In this document: positions 39,391 through 53,483 of the stretch, in pieces
Position numbering within the stretch: the stretch's first letter is position 1
Layout: every line of letters starts with the position of its first letter
From: a virus
Taxonomy: Duplodnaviria; Caudoviricetes
Virus record (IMG/VR): IMGVR_UViG_3300021399_000103
Coordinates: 32,001 to 96,000 of that record
Strand: one strand, 5' to 3'
DNA length: 64,000 nucleotides
Program-made: the position numbers and the translations under genes
The notes under the pieces: model-generated
The model's database searches: none
The model's input: only the letters and a program-made list of their open reading frames with translations
Told to the model about the DNA's origin: nothing

Positions 39391-39394
39391 TTAA

Positions 39395-39426
39395 AGGGAG
39401 AGAGTTAATCTCTCTCCCTCATTTTA
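39395..39426 (+). terminator. Stem-loop (terminator or 5' stabiliser)
   Basis: AGGGAGAGAG-ttaat-CTCTCTCCCT with a weak T-tail. Confidence 0.6.
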
Positions 39427-39448
39427 ATAAAGATAGGAGGAAAACTAA

Positions 39449-41803
39449 ATGATCACTTATATTGATAGTGAAAATAGACAAAACTATACGGTATTGTTTG
39501 ATAAAGCCTCTACTAAATTAGGTCTAAAGCCAATTATTGAAGAAGTTCGTGATCCAGAAACTCATGAAATAACTAAACATTATTTTAAGAGAAAATATGA
39601 TCAAACTACTCAGGCTTGAATTACAGTTGCTTGTGAACCTGATGAAATTGACACAGCAACAGATTCTATTTTAGTTGATGATGGAAATGGTAATAAAGTA
39701 CCTGTTCAGCAAATTACTAGTTTAAATGAATATTTTCAACATATTAGAGACTTAGCCGGTATGGCTATTGGTACAGGCCGTACTGGAACAGATCCATATT
39801 TTCTAAGACTTCCTCTTGATGAACCATTCTTTGAAATTAATGCTAATACTCGTGGGATTACAGTTCCTGGTGAATTAAGTCAGATTGCTGTAAGAGGTGA
39901 TAAATTAGCTGAAGTCGTATTCTTTAGAATTGATAGATATTATGATGCAGTAGATTTAAATACTCGTCATATTTATATTGAATGGGAATTACCAGATGGA
40001 ACAAAAGGTATTTCAAGAGATTTCTTGAGAGATACACAGTCTGAGAAAGATAAGATTATTTTTGGTTGGGCTATTGGTGAAGAATTAACAAAACAGGTCG
40101 GTACAATTAGATTTGCAGTTAGATTTGTTGAATGGTTTGATAATACTGTATTAGATCAGGATGATCGTAGAATTAATCTTGATACTGCTACAGAAGATAC
40201 TCAAATGCTTTATAGCTTTAGCTCATTGCCAGCAACAGTTTCAGTTGTTGACAGTTTAAATTATTCATTATTTGAAGATGATGAAGATTTAAAAGATTTT
40301 AATAGTTTAATTACAGAAGACAATATTGGAACTATGGTTCTTTATCTTGAAGATTCTGATCCAGATTCTGCTGATGAAACCGCACCAGAACTTGCGGCAT
40401 TACCTATTTATGTTAGAGATTTAACTCCAGCATTTTATGTTAATGCAAGCGCAATTGCGGAAAAAGAAAAAGAATATAAGATTAATCTTGTTAACGGTAA
40501 ACTTGAACTACGCGTTGAAGCTAATGCCGCAGATGGCGGACAAATTTCATATGTATTTGGACGTATTGCGCATACAGCCGACGAAGGTACGGGCGTAGCA
40601 GCAACCGGCGCAAGTGGTATTGTAGCTAAATATAAGTTTATTGAAGCTACAGATGTGTTTACAGATGAAGATGAGAGAACAGCAGAAAACTTTAATACAA
40701 AGAAAACTTTCTTTATGAAAGATTCTACTGGAATGTTAGCAGTTGTTAATGCTAATGATGCAGCTTTAGCAGTTGAAGAAGATCCAGATGTAGAATTCTT
40801 TGAAAGAGTTGCTTATGTTGAGGTACAATTACCAGGTCATTATTATGCTATTGCTGATAATAGAGCTGGTGGAAAGAAAGCTAATAGCGCATACAGTTCA
40901 ACATTCTATATTCCATGGGCAAGTAAGCCAGAAGTTGGGACAAAAATGGCTTCAAGATTTGTTGGCAATGAATTAGAATATACGTTAGCTGCCGATGAAA
41001 GTTTTAATGAAGCTTCTATTGATAATCGTGGTAAGACAAATTTGCGCACAAGTACTACAGTAGTTGCAGATACTAATTTAATTGAATTAAAGCCAACTGT
41101 TACTGCTGCAGAAACAGCTGGTTTAACATATACTTGGTATAAAAATGCTAATAACCATTTAATGGATAGTGGAGAAGTAGCTAATGCTGCTAATTACACT
41201 CGTCCAGAAGGATTAAAAGATGACGTTTGGGCTGCACAAGAAGCTACATTAATTGCAGATGCTGGATGGCAAGTTATTGAAGGTGCAACCGCACCTACTT
41301 ATGTAGCATCAGAACCTGGTTGCTATGCAGTTAAAGTCACAAATGATTTTAATAACAGCGTAACAACAACAGATTTATTAGATGCAGGTGCTTGTCGTGT
41401 AACAGGAATGCCTAAGATTCCATCAATTGATTGGACTTCATTTAAGGCATCAGCTAGTGCCGGCGCAATTCCAAATGCTATTGATATTGAATTAAAAGAT
41501 ATTAATGGCGATGCTGTTGATTATGATAAGATTGAATATCAGTGGCATAAAGTTACAATCCCAGATGCTGAACATCCAGGACTAGCAGCAGATTTAGAAC
41601 TTGCAACAGAAGATGATATGACTTCTCCAGCTTCTCCGGCAGAAGGAATGACTTTTGATGCTGAAGGCAAGGCTAAGATTCCATTCCAGCCTAAAGTTGC
41701 AGGTGCTTTCTTCTTAGAAGTTAGAAATACATTAAATGGTGCTACTGTTATTTATAATGGTGGTGAAGATGAATTAATTGGTACAATTCAGATTTCTGCC
41801 TAA
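39449..41803 (+). CDS. Baseplate upper protein (BppU-like N-terminal domain) with Ig-like domains, 784 aa (one TGA=Trp)
   Basis: RBS aggagg. Contains FEINANTRGITVP, AEVVFFRIDRYYDAVDL and FGWAI..VGTIRFAVRF. LTYTWYK and IEYQWHK are Ig-type strands. Confidence 0.7.
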
Positions 41804-41822
41804 TAGAAAGGAGGTTTAATTA

Positions 41823-42641
41823 ATGATTACAACTCCTGAAGAATATTTTAAATATTTATGGGGTATTGAAATCCAAGAACCTCTTTTAGATGAAAATGGT
41901 AATGAACAATTAGATGAAGAGGGAAATGTTATTATGGTGACAAAAAATCCTTATAATAACAAACCTCTTCTTTCTATTATATTACCATCTGATGAGAGAA
42001 CTTTTGATGTCGATCTTTCGTCAAGAACAATTTCAGTACCTACTTTTTTAAGTGTAGCAAAAGATCACAGAGCAGAAACAGTTTACTTTTTAGTAGATCG
42101 TTTCTTTGAATATAAAGATTTAGCAACAACATCATGTATGATTGAATTTATCAATGCAGAAGGTAAAGGTGGATTTTATCCAGTACCTTTCTATGACATT
42201 TCTTCATATCCAAGATATTTTTCTGAAGAAAATGGAGAACAGGTCGTGCATGAAGCCAAGATGATTATACCTTGGTGCATTGAAGGTGATGTTACTGCGG
42301 CCGCAGGTGAAGTTCAGTTTATTTTAAGATTCTATGAGTTAGATGAGACAAAAACTGAATTAGTTTATAATGTCAGAACACAAGTTGCTACTGGACAAGT
42401 TCTAGTTGGAATGGATCCAGGTGTTTTAGATGAGGCCGCTGCAGATTTAGAAGCTAATTTCGCACAACAGATTAATGATAAAATTGAACATGCAACAGCA
42501 ACAATTTATTGAACTGATTTGCCAGATAGCGAATTTAGGTCTGATTTTCAACCATCAAAATCAACGAAAAATTCTACAAATTATTCTAATGGACTTGAAA
42601 ATGCGTCACCAATGAGATTATGATTTAAGGATTCCGATTAA
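41823..42641 (+). CDS. BppU-like baseplate protein, paralogue of the upstream gene, 272 aa (TGA=Trp)
   Basis: Contains FDVDLSSRTISVP, AETVYFLVDRFFEYKDL and PWCI..AGEVQFILRF. Reads through TGA at 42510 and 42621 to TAA 42639-42641. Confidence 0.7.
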
Positions 42642-42659
42642 GGAATCCTTATTTTTTTT
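42626..42659 (+). terminator. Rho-independent terminator
   Basis: TAAGGATTCC-gattaa-GGAATCCTTA followed by T8. Confidence 0.85.
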
Positions 42660-42705
42660 GGTCAAATGGAGGAAAACAAATATATTGTTTTTTTAAGTAT
42701 TTTAG
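42660..42705 (+). promoter_or_regulatory. Tripartite motif copy 6; putative phage late promoter
   Basis: ggtcaa-N6-gaaa-N16-tttaa-gtattttag. Confidence 0.5.
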
Positions 42706-42767
42706 CAAAGAGAATTAACTCTTATAGAGAGTTTTATATATAATAAAGGAGAAAGGAGCGAGCGCAA

Positions 42768-45700
42768 ATGGCAAATGAATTAATTAGAATGAAGTCTGGT
42801 TTAATCAAAAACATTGAAAAAGATGAAACTGGACATTCCCCAGTTAATATTCAAGCTGGAACAATATATTTTGCCGTTGATGATGATAAAGAAACTGGTA
42901 AAATTTTATATGATGTAGATAGTACTCACCGCGTTGTCATGAGCACTCAAGCTGAATACGCCGATGAAGCTGGTAAAACTATAGGTATTACTGGTATATA
43001 TGCAGTTAAAGGTATGCAGACTAAAGCAACTAGTGTTTGAACTGGTGCAATTGAAGGTGTTAATGAGCTTTTTGATGGATTAACAATTGCTTATTATTTA
43101 CCTTATAATGGAACATCAACTGCGGCCACATTAGATTTAACTCTTGCGAATGGAGATTCAACAGGTCCTATTAACGTGTATTATACAGCTACTACAAGAG
43201 TAACAACTCATTATTCTGCTGGATCTACAATTATATTAACTTATTGGTCTGCTGGTTCTATTAAAGTGAGTGGAACTGCTACAGCAGAGGCAAGATGAAC
43301 AAGAGCTGATTATGATAATACTATTACTTATCAATTAAGACATATTTATGGATCATATACAGCTGCTGCTGCTTTATATCGTTATCAAGTTTTATTAACA
43401 AAAGATGAAACATCTTTACTTCCTGTTAACAGTGTAAATAATAATACAGGAACATCAAAAACTTTAACAACAGAATCATTTGATCCTTTTGGTCCAATTT
43501 ATTACTATAATGCAACCACCAATATTGCAGCTGATGGAGCGATTACCGCAGGTAATTTATTTGAACAAGTACTTGCTGATTTAAGGTATTCTTTTAATAC
43601 TGGGACAACTTTAACTGCAAGAAAAGCTATTTATATAGTCGCAATACCTCAATCAAATGGATTGGCAAAATTAGATTCTACTCCAATTACGCAAACTTTA
43701 CCAACTGCTAAAGATGGAAAAATTTATATTTATTTAGGTCAAGTTTATTATGAAAATAGTGGTAATTGTTACCGTGTAGAATTAGAGGTTAATCATCCTG
43801 TATATTATTATAAAAATGGAAAAATTGCTTTATATACAGGAGAACCAATAGCTACATCATCAAACACTGGATTAATGTCGGCAGATGATAAAATAAAATT
43901 AGATGGAATTGCAGAAGAAGCTACTAATACAACAATTTTTGCAACTTCGCCAATTATTGCTAGTGCCTCTACTGGTGCAGTAACTTTATCACATGCAGCA
44001 AGTGGAGTCGCTGCTAATACTTATGGAACTACAGCAACCACAGCGATTAATCCATCTTTTGGCGATACTTTTAGTGTACCTGGATTTAAAGTAAATACAA
44101 CTGGACACATTACATCGGCGGGTGCACATACTGTTAAAATACCTTCTACCTTAGCCACAAGCGAGGTAGATGGATTAATGAGTCATACCGACAAAGGAAA
44201 TTTTGATCTTGGTGTAACAATTGCTGGTAATCAAATTGATATTGGCGATGAACTTAGCGCTACAGATTTACGCACTTCATTAGGATTATCTAATGCAATG
44301 CATTTTATTGGACATGCTACTGTCTCAATTGGAGATAATACTACAACAGATCCTGAGATTTTAGATTATGATTTTGGCGTTAATGGAGCCAATGCTACGC
44401 CAGGAGACGTTATTATAGATAGTACTACTAATTATGAATATGTATGGTCTTCTCTTGGTCGATGAGAAAGGCTTGGTGGAGATAGCAGTTATAAGGTAGT
44501 TCAGAGTGCAGTAAGTGATTTTACTTATAATGAATCAACTACAACTACTACTTTTGTCTCTGCAGTGACTCAAAATACAAATGGTGTAATTACTGTTACT
44601 AAACGCAAATTACCAACATATAATAATTACACTCATCCAACTTATACGGCAAAAACAGCAGCGGCTGTTAAAGTAGGAAATGATAGTACTGGTCACGTGG
44701 TAATTGGAGATGCTCTTACTAAAAGTGATGTTGGTTTAAGTAATGTAACAAATGATGCTCAAATTCCAAAATCAATAGGAACTGCTAAAGGAGATATAAT
44801 TTATTTTAGTGCTTCTGGAACCCCTACAAGACTTGCAGTTGGAGGAAATGGCACTGTATTAAAAGTTAATTCTAGTGGTGTTCCTGCTTGAGCTTCAGAT
44901 AGTGATAGCCATTATACAACTCATCTATATGCAGGTGCTAGCGATGGAAATACTAATGCCGCAACAACAAATGGCAATACTTATTTAATTGTAACTGATA
45001 ATACTACTGCTAGAGATAGAAGAAAAATTGCTGGTACTGGTGCTACAACAGTTACTTCAGATGCAAACGGCAATATTACAATTGATTCAACAAATACTAC
45101 TTATACATTTGATGGAACATATGATTCTTCTACCAATAAAGCAGCTACTGTTTCTACTGTAACAAATGCAATAAATGCTTTAGATGGAAATTTAAATAGT
45201 ACTACTCCAGGAGCGGGAAAGACACTAACTGCCTTTAGTCAGACCAATGGAAAAGTCAGTGCGACATTTGGAAATATTAGTATTACGAAATCTCAAATTA
45301 GTGATTTCCCAACTACAATGACACCAGCAAGTCATACACATGGAAAGATTACGAATGATGGTAAAATTGCGAGTACAGATAATGTAACTATTGCAAATAA
45401 CGATAGATTAATTATATCAGATGCTTCTGATAGTTATATTTTAAAAAATACTTCTATTGTATTTGATGGCTCAACAACTAATAAAGCATTAACTCCAAAA
45501 GGTACGTGAGAACCGTTTAATAATTATAGTTTACCACTTGCCGCAAATGGAACTAGAGGTGGTATTCAAATTGGATATTCTTCAAGTGGGAAAAATTATG
45601 CGGTACAATTGAGTAGTGAAAAAGCTTTTGTAAACGTACCTTGGACTGATACTAAACAAAATATTACATTACAAACTACTAAAAAGGGATATATAACAGC

Positions 45701-45872
45701 TGTTGAGACAACTCCTACTGGTACTGCGGCAGCCCATGAAGGTATTGCTGATACTGGAGTTTATTTAACGACAACTGCTGGTCAAATAAATGCAAAAACT
45801 TATAAAGTAGATGAAGAAGTAACTTTAGAATATAATACAACAACGAAATCATTAGATTTTATTTTTGCATAG
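42768..45872 (+). CDS. Tail fibre protein 1, 1034 aa (TGA=Trp)
   Basis: Fibre motifs GLMSADDKIKLDGI, KSDVGLSNVTND and SHTHGKITNDG. Ends TLEYNTTTKSLDFIFA then TAG. Confidence 0.8.
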
Positions 45873-45934
45873 TTAAGGGAGAGTTTGACTCTCCTTTAAC
45901 TTTTATGATATAATAAGAGAGAAAGGAGATCGCT
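45870..45934 (+). promoter_or_regulatory. Terminator hairpin overlapping a sigmaA-type promoter and RBS (repeat copy A)
   Basis: Hairpin AGTTAAGGGAGAGT-ttg-ACTCTCCTTTAACT followed by TTT. -35 TTGACT at 45885-45890, 18-nt spacer, extended -10 TGaTATAAT at 45906-45914, RBS gaaaggag. Confidence 0.75.
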
Positions 45935-48130
45935 ATGGCGTTAAGAGTATGATTGCCGTTAAATGGCGATCTTGAAAATAAAGGGATTAGTAATATTTCA
46001 ATTTCTACGAATAATTTTTCTATTAATAATTTAGGAAAGTTAGGCAAATGTTATCAGGGTCATGGTTTAACTCATTTGTCTCAAGAAATATTAAATAATA
46101 ATTGAAGTATTGCTTTATGGGTTAAAGAAACTAGTGCTTGAAGTCAATATAATCAAATTCTTTTCTGTAAAAATTTAAAAGATTCTAGTGATTGCCAAAT
46201 TTATTTTTCTATTATAAATGGTAAATCTTTAAATCTTGGAATAAATGGTCCAAGTGGAACTGGTTCTTATAACTATAATTTTAATTTAAATACCTGATAT
46301 CATGTAGCAGCAACTTATGATGGATTAAATTATTGTTTATATATTAATGGAACTTTAGTAAAAACAGGTACTTGTACAACAGCATTTAATGCAAATAAAT
46401 TAAATCTTGGATTTGGATGTAGAAGTGCAAATGATAATGCTACATCTGGAACAGGTCAAACCAGCACTCAATGTTTTAATGATTTTAGGTTATATGACCA
46501 TTGTCTTTCTCCATTAGAAGTAAAAGAAATTTCGCAAGGGTTAATTTTACATTATAAATTAAATGGATTTAGTGGTGGAGTAGGTGAAAATCTATTACCT
46601 AATACAAGTTTTAATGGAATATCTCAAAAATATACTTTAAATAGCGGTACTGAGGGAGGATTTAGGTATGTACCTATTTCTGTTAATAGAAGCACCTTAT
46701 ATACAATAAGTTGTTATTTACGAGGTAATGCCAATATGACATTGTATCGTATTTGTTCTGGAGGTAATGAATCAACTCCTTGAGTAAATAGAAGTGATAT
46801 GTCTGAAACAGAATATAAATATTTTAGTATTACTTTTACTTCTCCAGCAGCAAAAGATATTTCTCAAATTTATATATGCACACGATATGGGACTTCTAAT
46901 TCTCAAACTGGAGATTGATTTGAAATTAAACCATATAGTTTAAAAATGGAACAAGGTTCAATTGCAACTCCTTGAATTCCCGTATTATCAGAAATTGGTA
47001 TAGATACTACTAAAATTGTAGATTCTTCTGGTTATGGAAATGATGGAACTGTTATTGACTCATTAACAACTGAGATAAGTAATACCGATGGAAGATATTT
47101 AATAGCAACTAAATTTCCCACAAATACTGCACATATTCAATTACCAGTAATTACTTATAGTAATTTTGGTTCATCATATACTTTTTCTTGATGAGAATAT
47201 TTAACTACTGTTAGTAGTAGTCCAATGCCATGAGGTTTTAGTGATGGTAATAGATTAAATTGTTATCATGTAAATACAAGTATGTTATGTTGAAATACAA
47301 GTAATGGAACAAGCAATCCATTTGAACCAAATATAACTAGTACAAGTTTATTAAATGGATGACATCATTTAGTGATAACTGGAAATGGAACGGTCACTAA
47401 TTTATATATAGATGGTGAATATAAAGCAAAAGCAAAAACCTATGTTGGATTAACTGGAACTCAAATATGACTAAGTGGTTGAGCAAATGCTACTGGTTAT
47501 TCAATGGTTAATAATAAAATGTCAGATTTCCGTATTTACGCAACCGCTCTCAGCGCAGAAGATATAGCCACGTTATATCATACTCCGGCGCAAATAGATA
47601 ATTTAGGTGGAGTACATGGATTTGAAATGAATGAAATAAGTAGTAATATTTTAACCTTAAAATCATTTGAACAAGGCGGTCTTGGCGATGCAAATGGTGC
47701 TGAAGTCGCTTTAAATACGAGAATACGAACTCTATACTTACCTATTATTCCAAACGCGGAGTATAAAACTTTTACTTCTTCTGGTTTTGTAGTTAGAGGA
47801 GTTCATTTTTATACTGAAAATCAATCTTGAATTTCATACTCATCTGGAAATTCTCAAACAATGAATTTTATTATACCCGAATCTTGTTATTATATAAGGA
47901 TTGTTTTCCAAAGAACAAATGCAAATACAGAATTACTTCTTAGTAATTTAAATTTAGTTAATCCTGTTTTAACTGGAATTATTGAAAAAAATTCATCATT
48001 GTTAAATGATGAATATAATATAAATATAAATAAAAATGGCATTATTTATGGAAATCATTTTAATATATCTAAAAAAAGTGGTATTGATAAAACGGGTATT
48101 ATTGAAGCAACAAATTTTATAGAAAAATAA
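45935..48130 (+). CDS. LamG/concanavalin-like lectin-domain protein A (two LamG domains plus a CBM-like insert), 731 aa (TGA=Trp)
   Basis: MALRV[W]LPLNGD; NT[W]YHVAATYDG..LYING; FNDFRLYDHCLS..EVKEI; GENLLPNTSF..KMEQGSIATP[W]IP; MSDFRIYATALSAEDI. Confidence 0.8.
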
Positions 48131-48142
48131 GGAGGTGCTAGG

Positions 48143-51067
48143 ATGGCACAATTAAAGGATACATTAATTTCTGGTGATTTGCGTGTCACTGGCACGATAT
48201 ATGGTGATGTTCCATTAAATGATTTGGTTGATGCTGATGATTTAAAAGCTATCGAAGCATTAAGTGGAACATCTGGTTTATTAAAAAAGACAGCTGCAAA
48301 TACCTGAACATTAGATACAAATGCTTATACAACAAGTTCTGGCGTAACTAGTGTTAGAGTACAAGCTACAAGTCCAGTAGTATCAAGTGTTAATACGGCA
48401 CAAACATCTACACTTAATACTACTATTAGTTTAGCTGATAATTATGGAGATACTAAAAATCCATATGCAAGTAAAACAGCACGATATGTACTTGCGGCGC
48501 CTGCTTCGGCGAACGGAGTGCCTACCTTTCGCGCACTTACCAATGCAGATGTAGGATTAGGTAATGTTGAAAATACAAAACTTTCAACATGAGCAGGTTC
48601 TACTAATATTACAACTCTTGGAACAATTACGACAGGTACTATTCCATGAGCTAATATTAGCGGTAAACCAAGCCAAGCTACTGCTTGACCTAATTGAAGT
48701 CAAATACAACAAAATGGTGCTGAAAATATTAATGAAGGCAATTCTGATTTAACTGATAATACAGAAATTTTTACTTCATATGCAAGTAATAATGGATTTG
48801 CTGATACAAATGCAAAAGGTGTTGTTTATCGTAGAGATGCTATTCATGTATATAATTATATAAAAGCAAAAACAGATACTTTATATGCGGCTAAGAGTCA
48901 TGCTCATGGCAATATTACTAATGATGGTAAAGTTGGTACAGCGGCTAATCAGGCAGTTTATACTACAACAAATGGCGTAGTAACGGCAGGAACATTGCCG
49001 ATTGCAGCAGGAGGTACTGGTGCAAGTAATAAACGCACAGCAGGATTAATTTATGATTGGACTGCAGTAGTGCAAGGACAAAAATGATCTAGACTCTGCT
49101 ATATTCCATGTTCTACATCCGTTACTGGTACTAATTTTATTTTAAATGTTCGAGGAACAAGAGGAAGTGTTGTTTATAATTATACCTTTATGATTACTAC
49201 ACATCATGCATCAAAATGCCATATTACAGCACTTGCTTGTTCAAATTATTCTGCGATAAAGATTAGAGGAGTAGTTGATTCTAGTGGAAATTGTTATATA
49301 GAATTATATGATGAAGCTAATAGTATTGCTTCAGGCACCACTCAAAGTGTATCTTGTCATTTATTCATTTTAACAAAGGGCACAACAGAGCCAACTTTAT
49401 ATACTGCCTTTACGGATGGTGCGACATTACCATCAAATTTTACTGCAGTGACTTTAGAATTAAAAGCAGCGGCTGGGATTCAAACTTCTGGAACATACTA
49501 TGGCACTTGGAGCGGTTCCGCAATTCCTGTTGCTAATGGAGGAACTGGAGCTACTACTGCAGCTGCCGCAAGAACCAATTTAGGTATTACTCCTGCTAAT
49601 ATTGGTGCTGCTACTAGTGGACATAATCATGATTCTACTTATGTTAATGTATCTGGTGATACTATGACAGGTGCTCTTACCCTTAGTGGAGCACCGACCG
49701 CAAATCTTCACGCAGCAACTAAGCAATATGTAGATCAATCATTTGCGGCTAATGACGCAATGATCTTTAAAGGTACTATTGGTTCATCTGGAGCTACAGT
49801 AACTGCATTGCCAGCTACGCACAGTATAGGTTGAACTTATAGGGTATTAACAGCTGGAACTTACGCAGGAGTTAAGTGCGAAATTGGTGATTTAATTATT
49901 TGTATTACTGATGGAACAGCTGCTAATGATGCGCATTGAACAGTAGCGCAAACTAATTTAGATGGTGCAGTAATTGGACCAGCTAGTGCAACGAGCGGCA
50001 ACATCGCATTATTCGATGGAACTACTGGTAAATTAATTAAGAATAGTAGCTATTCTCCAAGCAGTTTTTCCGCAGCGGGTCATACTCATAGTAGTATAGT
50101 AACTGTTGGAGATCAAAGAAATAACGATACAACCCCTAATAGTTATAATAATAATTTTATTTTTCAAGGACTAAAAACTAATAGTAAGATTGGGTCTCCT
50201 ACATCAGATAATTATTCTTACGTAATTGGTTTAAGAGGATGAAGTGACTCAAGTGGTGGTAATTCTCATGAATTGGCTTTTAATAATACTGGTATTTTTT
50301 GACGTAGCGGAGCAACAACAGCTTGAGGCAATTGATATCGTATATATACAACAGCAAATAAACCAACTGCCGCAGATGTAGGGTTGGGTAATGTAAAAAA
50401 TCAAGCAATTACAGTAACTTCTTCAAGTGTAAGCGATGGGAGTATTACTTTCAGTAAATATGAACATCCAACAACTTCTGGTAATAAGCATATTCCAAGT
50501 GGCGGATCAACTGGACAATTTTTAGGTTGAGATTCAGATGGAACTGCAAAATGAGCAACTCCACCTGATACTAAAAATACTGCTGGTTCAACTAATAGCA
50601 ATAGTAAATTATATTTAATTGGTGCTACCTCACAAGCTGCAAGTGTAACAACATACAGTGATGAAGAAGTATATACAACTAATGGTACATTAAGCGCAAA
50701 AATACTTTCCACTACAGCCGGTGTCAATGCAAATACGGCTAATTCTGGCACTGCTGGAGGTGTTTCTTTATATAGCACATCGCCAACTGATTATGGTGTT
50801 ACTATGCGTAACACTGGTACATCTTCAGGACAACTCGGAAAACATGGATATGTTCAAGGAGATTGGGCTGGGTATTTCTGCTTTACTGGAGCTACCAATA
50901 GAGGATATATATTTAGACATGCTGGCGCTAACGTAGCTTCAATTAGTGGATTAGGTCATGCTGTTTTTAATGGTTCAGTTACTGTTGGTGGTAATGCAGC
51001 AAATACTTCTGGTGGAAGAATGGAGTATGATGCAACAGTTGAAGCAATTGGATTTACATTTAATTAG
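48143..51067 (+). CDS. Tail fibre protein 2, 974 aa (TGA=Trp)
   Basis: RBS aggagg; starts MAQLKDTLISGDLRVTG. Contains PVANGGTGATTAAAARTNLG, GDTMTGAL and HAATKQYVD. Ends GRMEYDATVEAIGFTFN then TAG. Confidence 0.8.
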
Positions 51068-51135
51068 TTAAGGAGAGATTTGACTCTCCTTAACTTTTTA
51101 TGATATAATAAATAGAGAGAAAGGAGATCACTATT
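51065..51135 (+). promoter_or_regulatory. Terminator hairpin overlapping a sigmaA-type promoter and RBS (repeat copy B)
   Basis: Near-copy of 45870-45934. Hairpin AGTTAAGGAGAG..CTCTCCTTAACT plus a T-tract, TTGACT at 51080-51085, TGaTATAAT at 51101-51109, RBS gaaaggag. Confidence 0.75.
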
Positions 51136-53472
51136 ATGAGTTTGAAAGTTTGATTACCGCTTAATGGTGATCTTAAAAATTTAGGCTGTAGTGATATAAT
51201 AGCTACTAATAATGGGGCAACTGTTGATAATAATGGAAAGATAGGAAAATGTTATAGTTTTGATGGCGCCGATGATCGTATTTATGCTAATAATGTTTCT
51301 ATTTCTAATCAAGAAATGAGTGCATGTTGTTGAGTAAAATTTAATAATTTAACTAATAATAATTATCCTTATATTTTTGCATTAGGTAGTAATGTAAGTG
51401 GTACTAGTATTCAATTAGGATTAGCTTATTGAAAAACTGACGGTAAATTACATTTAGTTGGTCATGGTTCAGAAACAGCTTCTACATACGCCCCAATTTT
51501 AAACACTTGAACTCATTTATGTATAACAATAAAGGGGAATCAAACGTTATTATATGTAAACGGTGTTTTAAATTCAACAATAACAAATGCTAATTCGCCA
51601 AAAACCCAAACTTGTCTATGCATAGGAGCTAGACCAAATTCAACGGCAGGCGCAGGGACAGCAATAAGTTATCCAATGAATTGCTGTTTGAATGATTTTC
51701 GCATTTATGACCACTGCTTATCAGCATTAGAGATAAAAGAAATAAGTCAAGGTTTAGTATTACATTATAAATTAGATGGAGACACTCAACAAAATATTCT
51801 TACTTCAACATCTTCACAAACAAAAACAATTTCATCTACTGGAACAAGTGTTTATACTAGTTATTGATATATAGATGAGAAATATACTTCAGCAATGACA
51901 GAAGGAGCTTTGTTAACTGTAGAATATGATTATAGTGTAAATGATGTGACAGAAACAACTTCTTATTTATATTCACAATTTAATACTACAAGAGTTACTC
52001 CACATGAATCTTTAGATTATTCTACTTTAACGGCAACTACATTAGGTCATCATAAATGAACTTTTAAAGTCACTGCTGCGCAAGCCGATTATGCTACTAC
52101 TGCGCAATCTCGTATTAGGATAAGACTTATGAGTAGCAATCCAGGAGCATCTTTTACCATTTCTAATATTAGATTATATTTTGGAGAAGAAAAAAATCAA
52201 ATAGCAGATTCTTCTGGTTATAGAAATGATGGAGAAATAGTAGGAAATACAATAATTCAATCAAACTCTCCAAAATTTAATATGGCTACATATTTAAATT
52301 CATCGTCTCCAACAACAAATAATGATGTAGGATTAACATATATTCATTCTAATTTTGGATTAACAGCACCTATACAAATGTCGGTATGTTGATGAGCAAA
52401 ACCTGAAAATGGTTATGGTGGGACAACTAATCATGCTGCTTGATGTACATCAATAAATTCTTCACATCCTACTGATTATAACTCAACTGCTTTTCATCAT
52501 AGAGATGCTAAATTTGATATTTGTTTAAATTTAGCTTCTACAACATCTTTAAGTTTAACATTTAATAATTATACTAAAAATGAATGACATTATTATTGTG
52601 TTACTTATGATGGAAAAATAGCAATTTTATATAAAGATGGAGTTGAAACAAATAGAAGTACAATTAGTAGTACAGAAGCACCATTAAAAACTTTTACCAA
52701 TATTTTTATTGGTTATTCTAGAGCTGGTGGTGTTTGAAGAAAAACACTTGGCTCTTATTCTGATTTCCGCATTTATGTAACAGCTCTTTCAGCAGAAGAT
52801 ATTAAAAAATTATATCAAACTCCAATAGAAATAGATAAAAGTAATAAACTTCATTCTTTTGAATTTGATGAAAATGCTACTAATGATATTGAATTATTTG
52901 GTGGAAGATTGTGGACAAGTAGTTATGGTCAAAAGATTTTAAATTCAACGAATATGTTTATTAATTATAATACTAATGGAGAGCCAACTTTTTCTGGATT
53001 TTCATCAGCTGGTTCTGAATATATAAAAATAGAACCGGGCGGAAAAACATACTATTATGATACAGAGGTATCTATTGCCGCAGGTAATCAATTTTATATT
53101 GGAATTGAACGATATGATGTAGATAAAACTCCAAGGTCAAATAATGCTTGTGTGTATATAGTAAGCCAAAAACCAAGTACAGATTTAGTTCGAAAAAGAT
53201 TTTTTGGAACTGTAAATCTTGCAACTGATGGAACAAATACAACAGATACAATATCTTTAAGAGTTTTAAATAAATGAAGTGGTTCCACTAGTGATACTAC
53301 AGGAACTGCAACAATTCATTATTTAAGTTTAAGAGAAATAACTGGTAATCCTCAAGTTGCTTTATTAAAAAAGACAGGACAAGTTTTAACAAGCGAATTC
53401 ACAGAACGTGATGATATAGTATATTTTTATAAAAATGGATTTATTGGAAGTTCTGAAATGATAGAAAGATAG
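51136..53472 (+). CDS. LamG/concanavalin-like lectin-domain protein B, 778 aa (TGA=Trp); paralogue of 45935..48130
   Basis: MSLKV[W]LPLNGD; LNDFRIYDHCLSALEIKEISQGLVLHYKL; NE[W]HYYCVTYDG; SDFRIYVTALSAEDI. Confidence 0.8.
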
Positions 53473-53483
53473 GGGGTCAAAAG

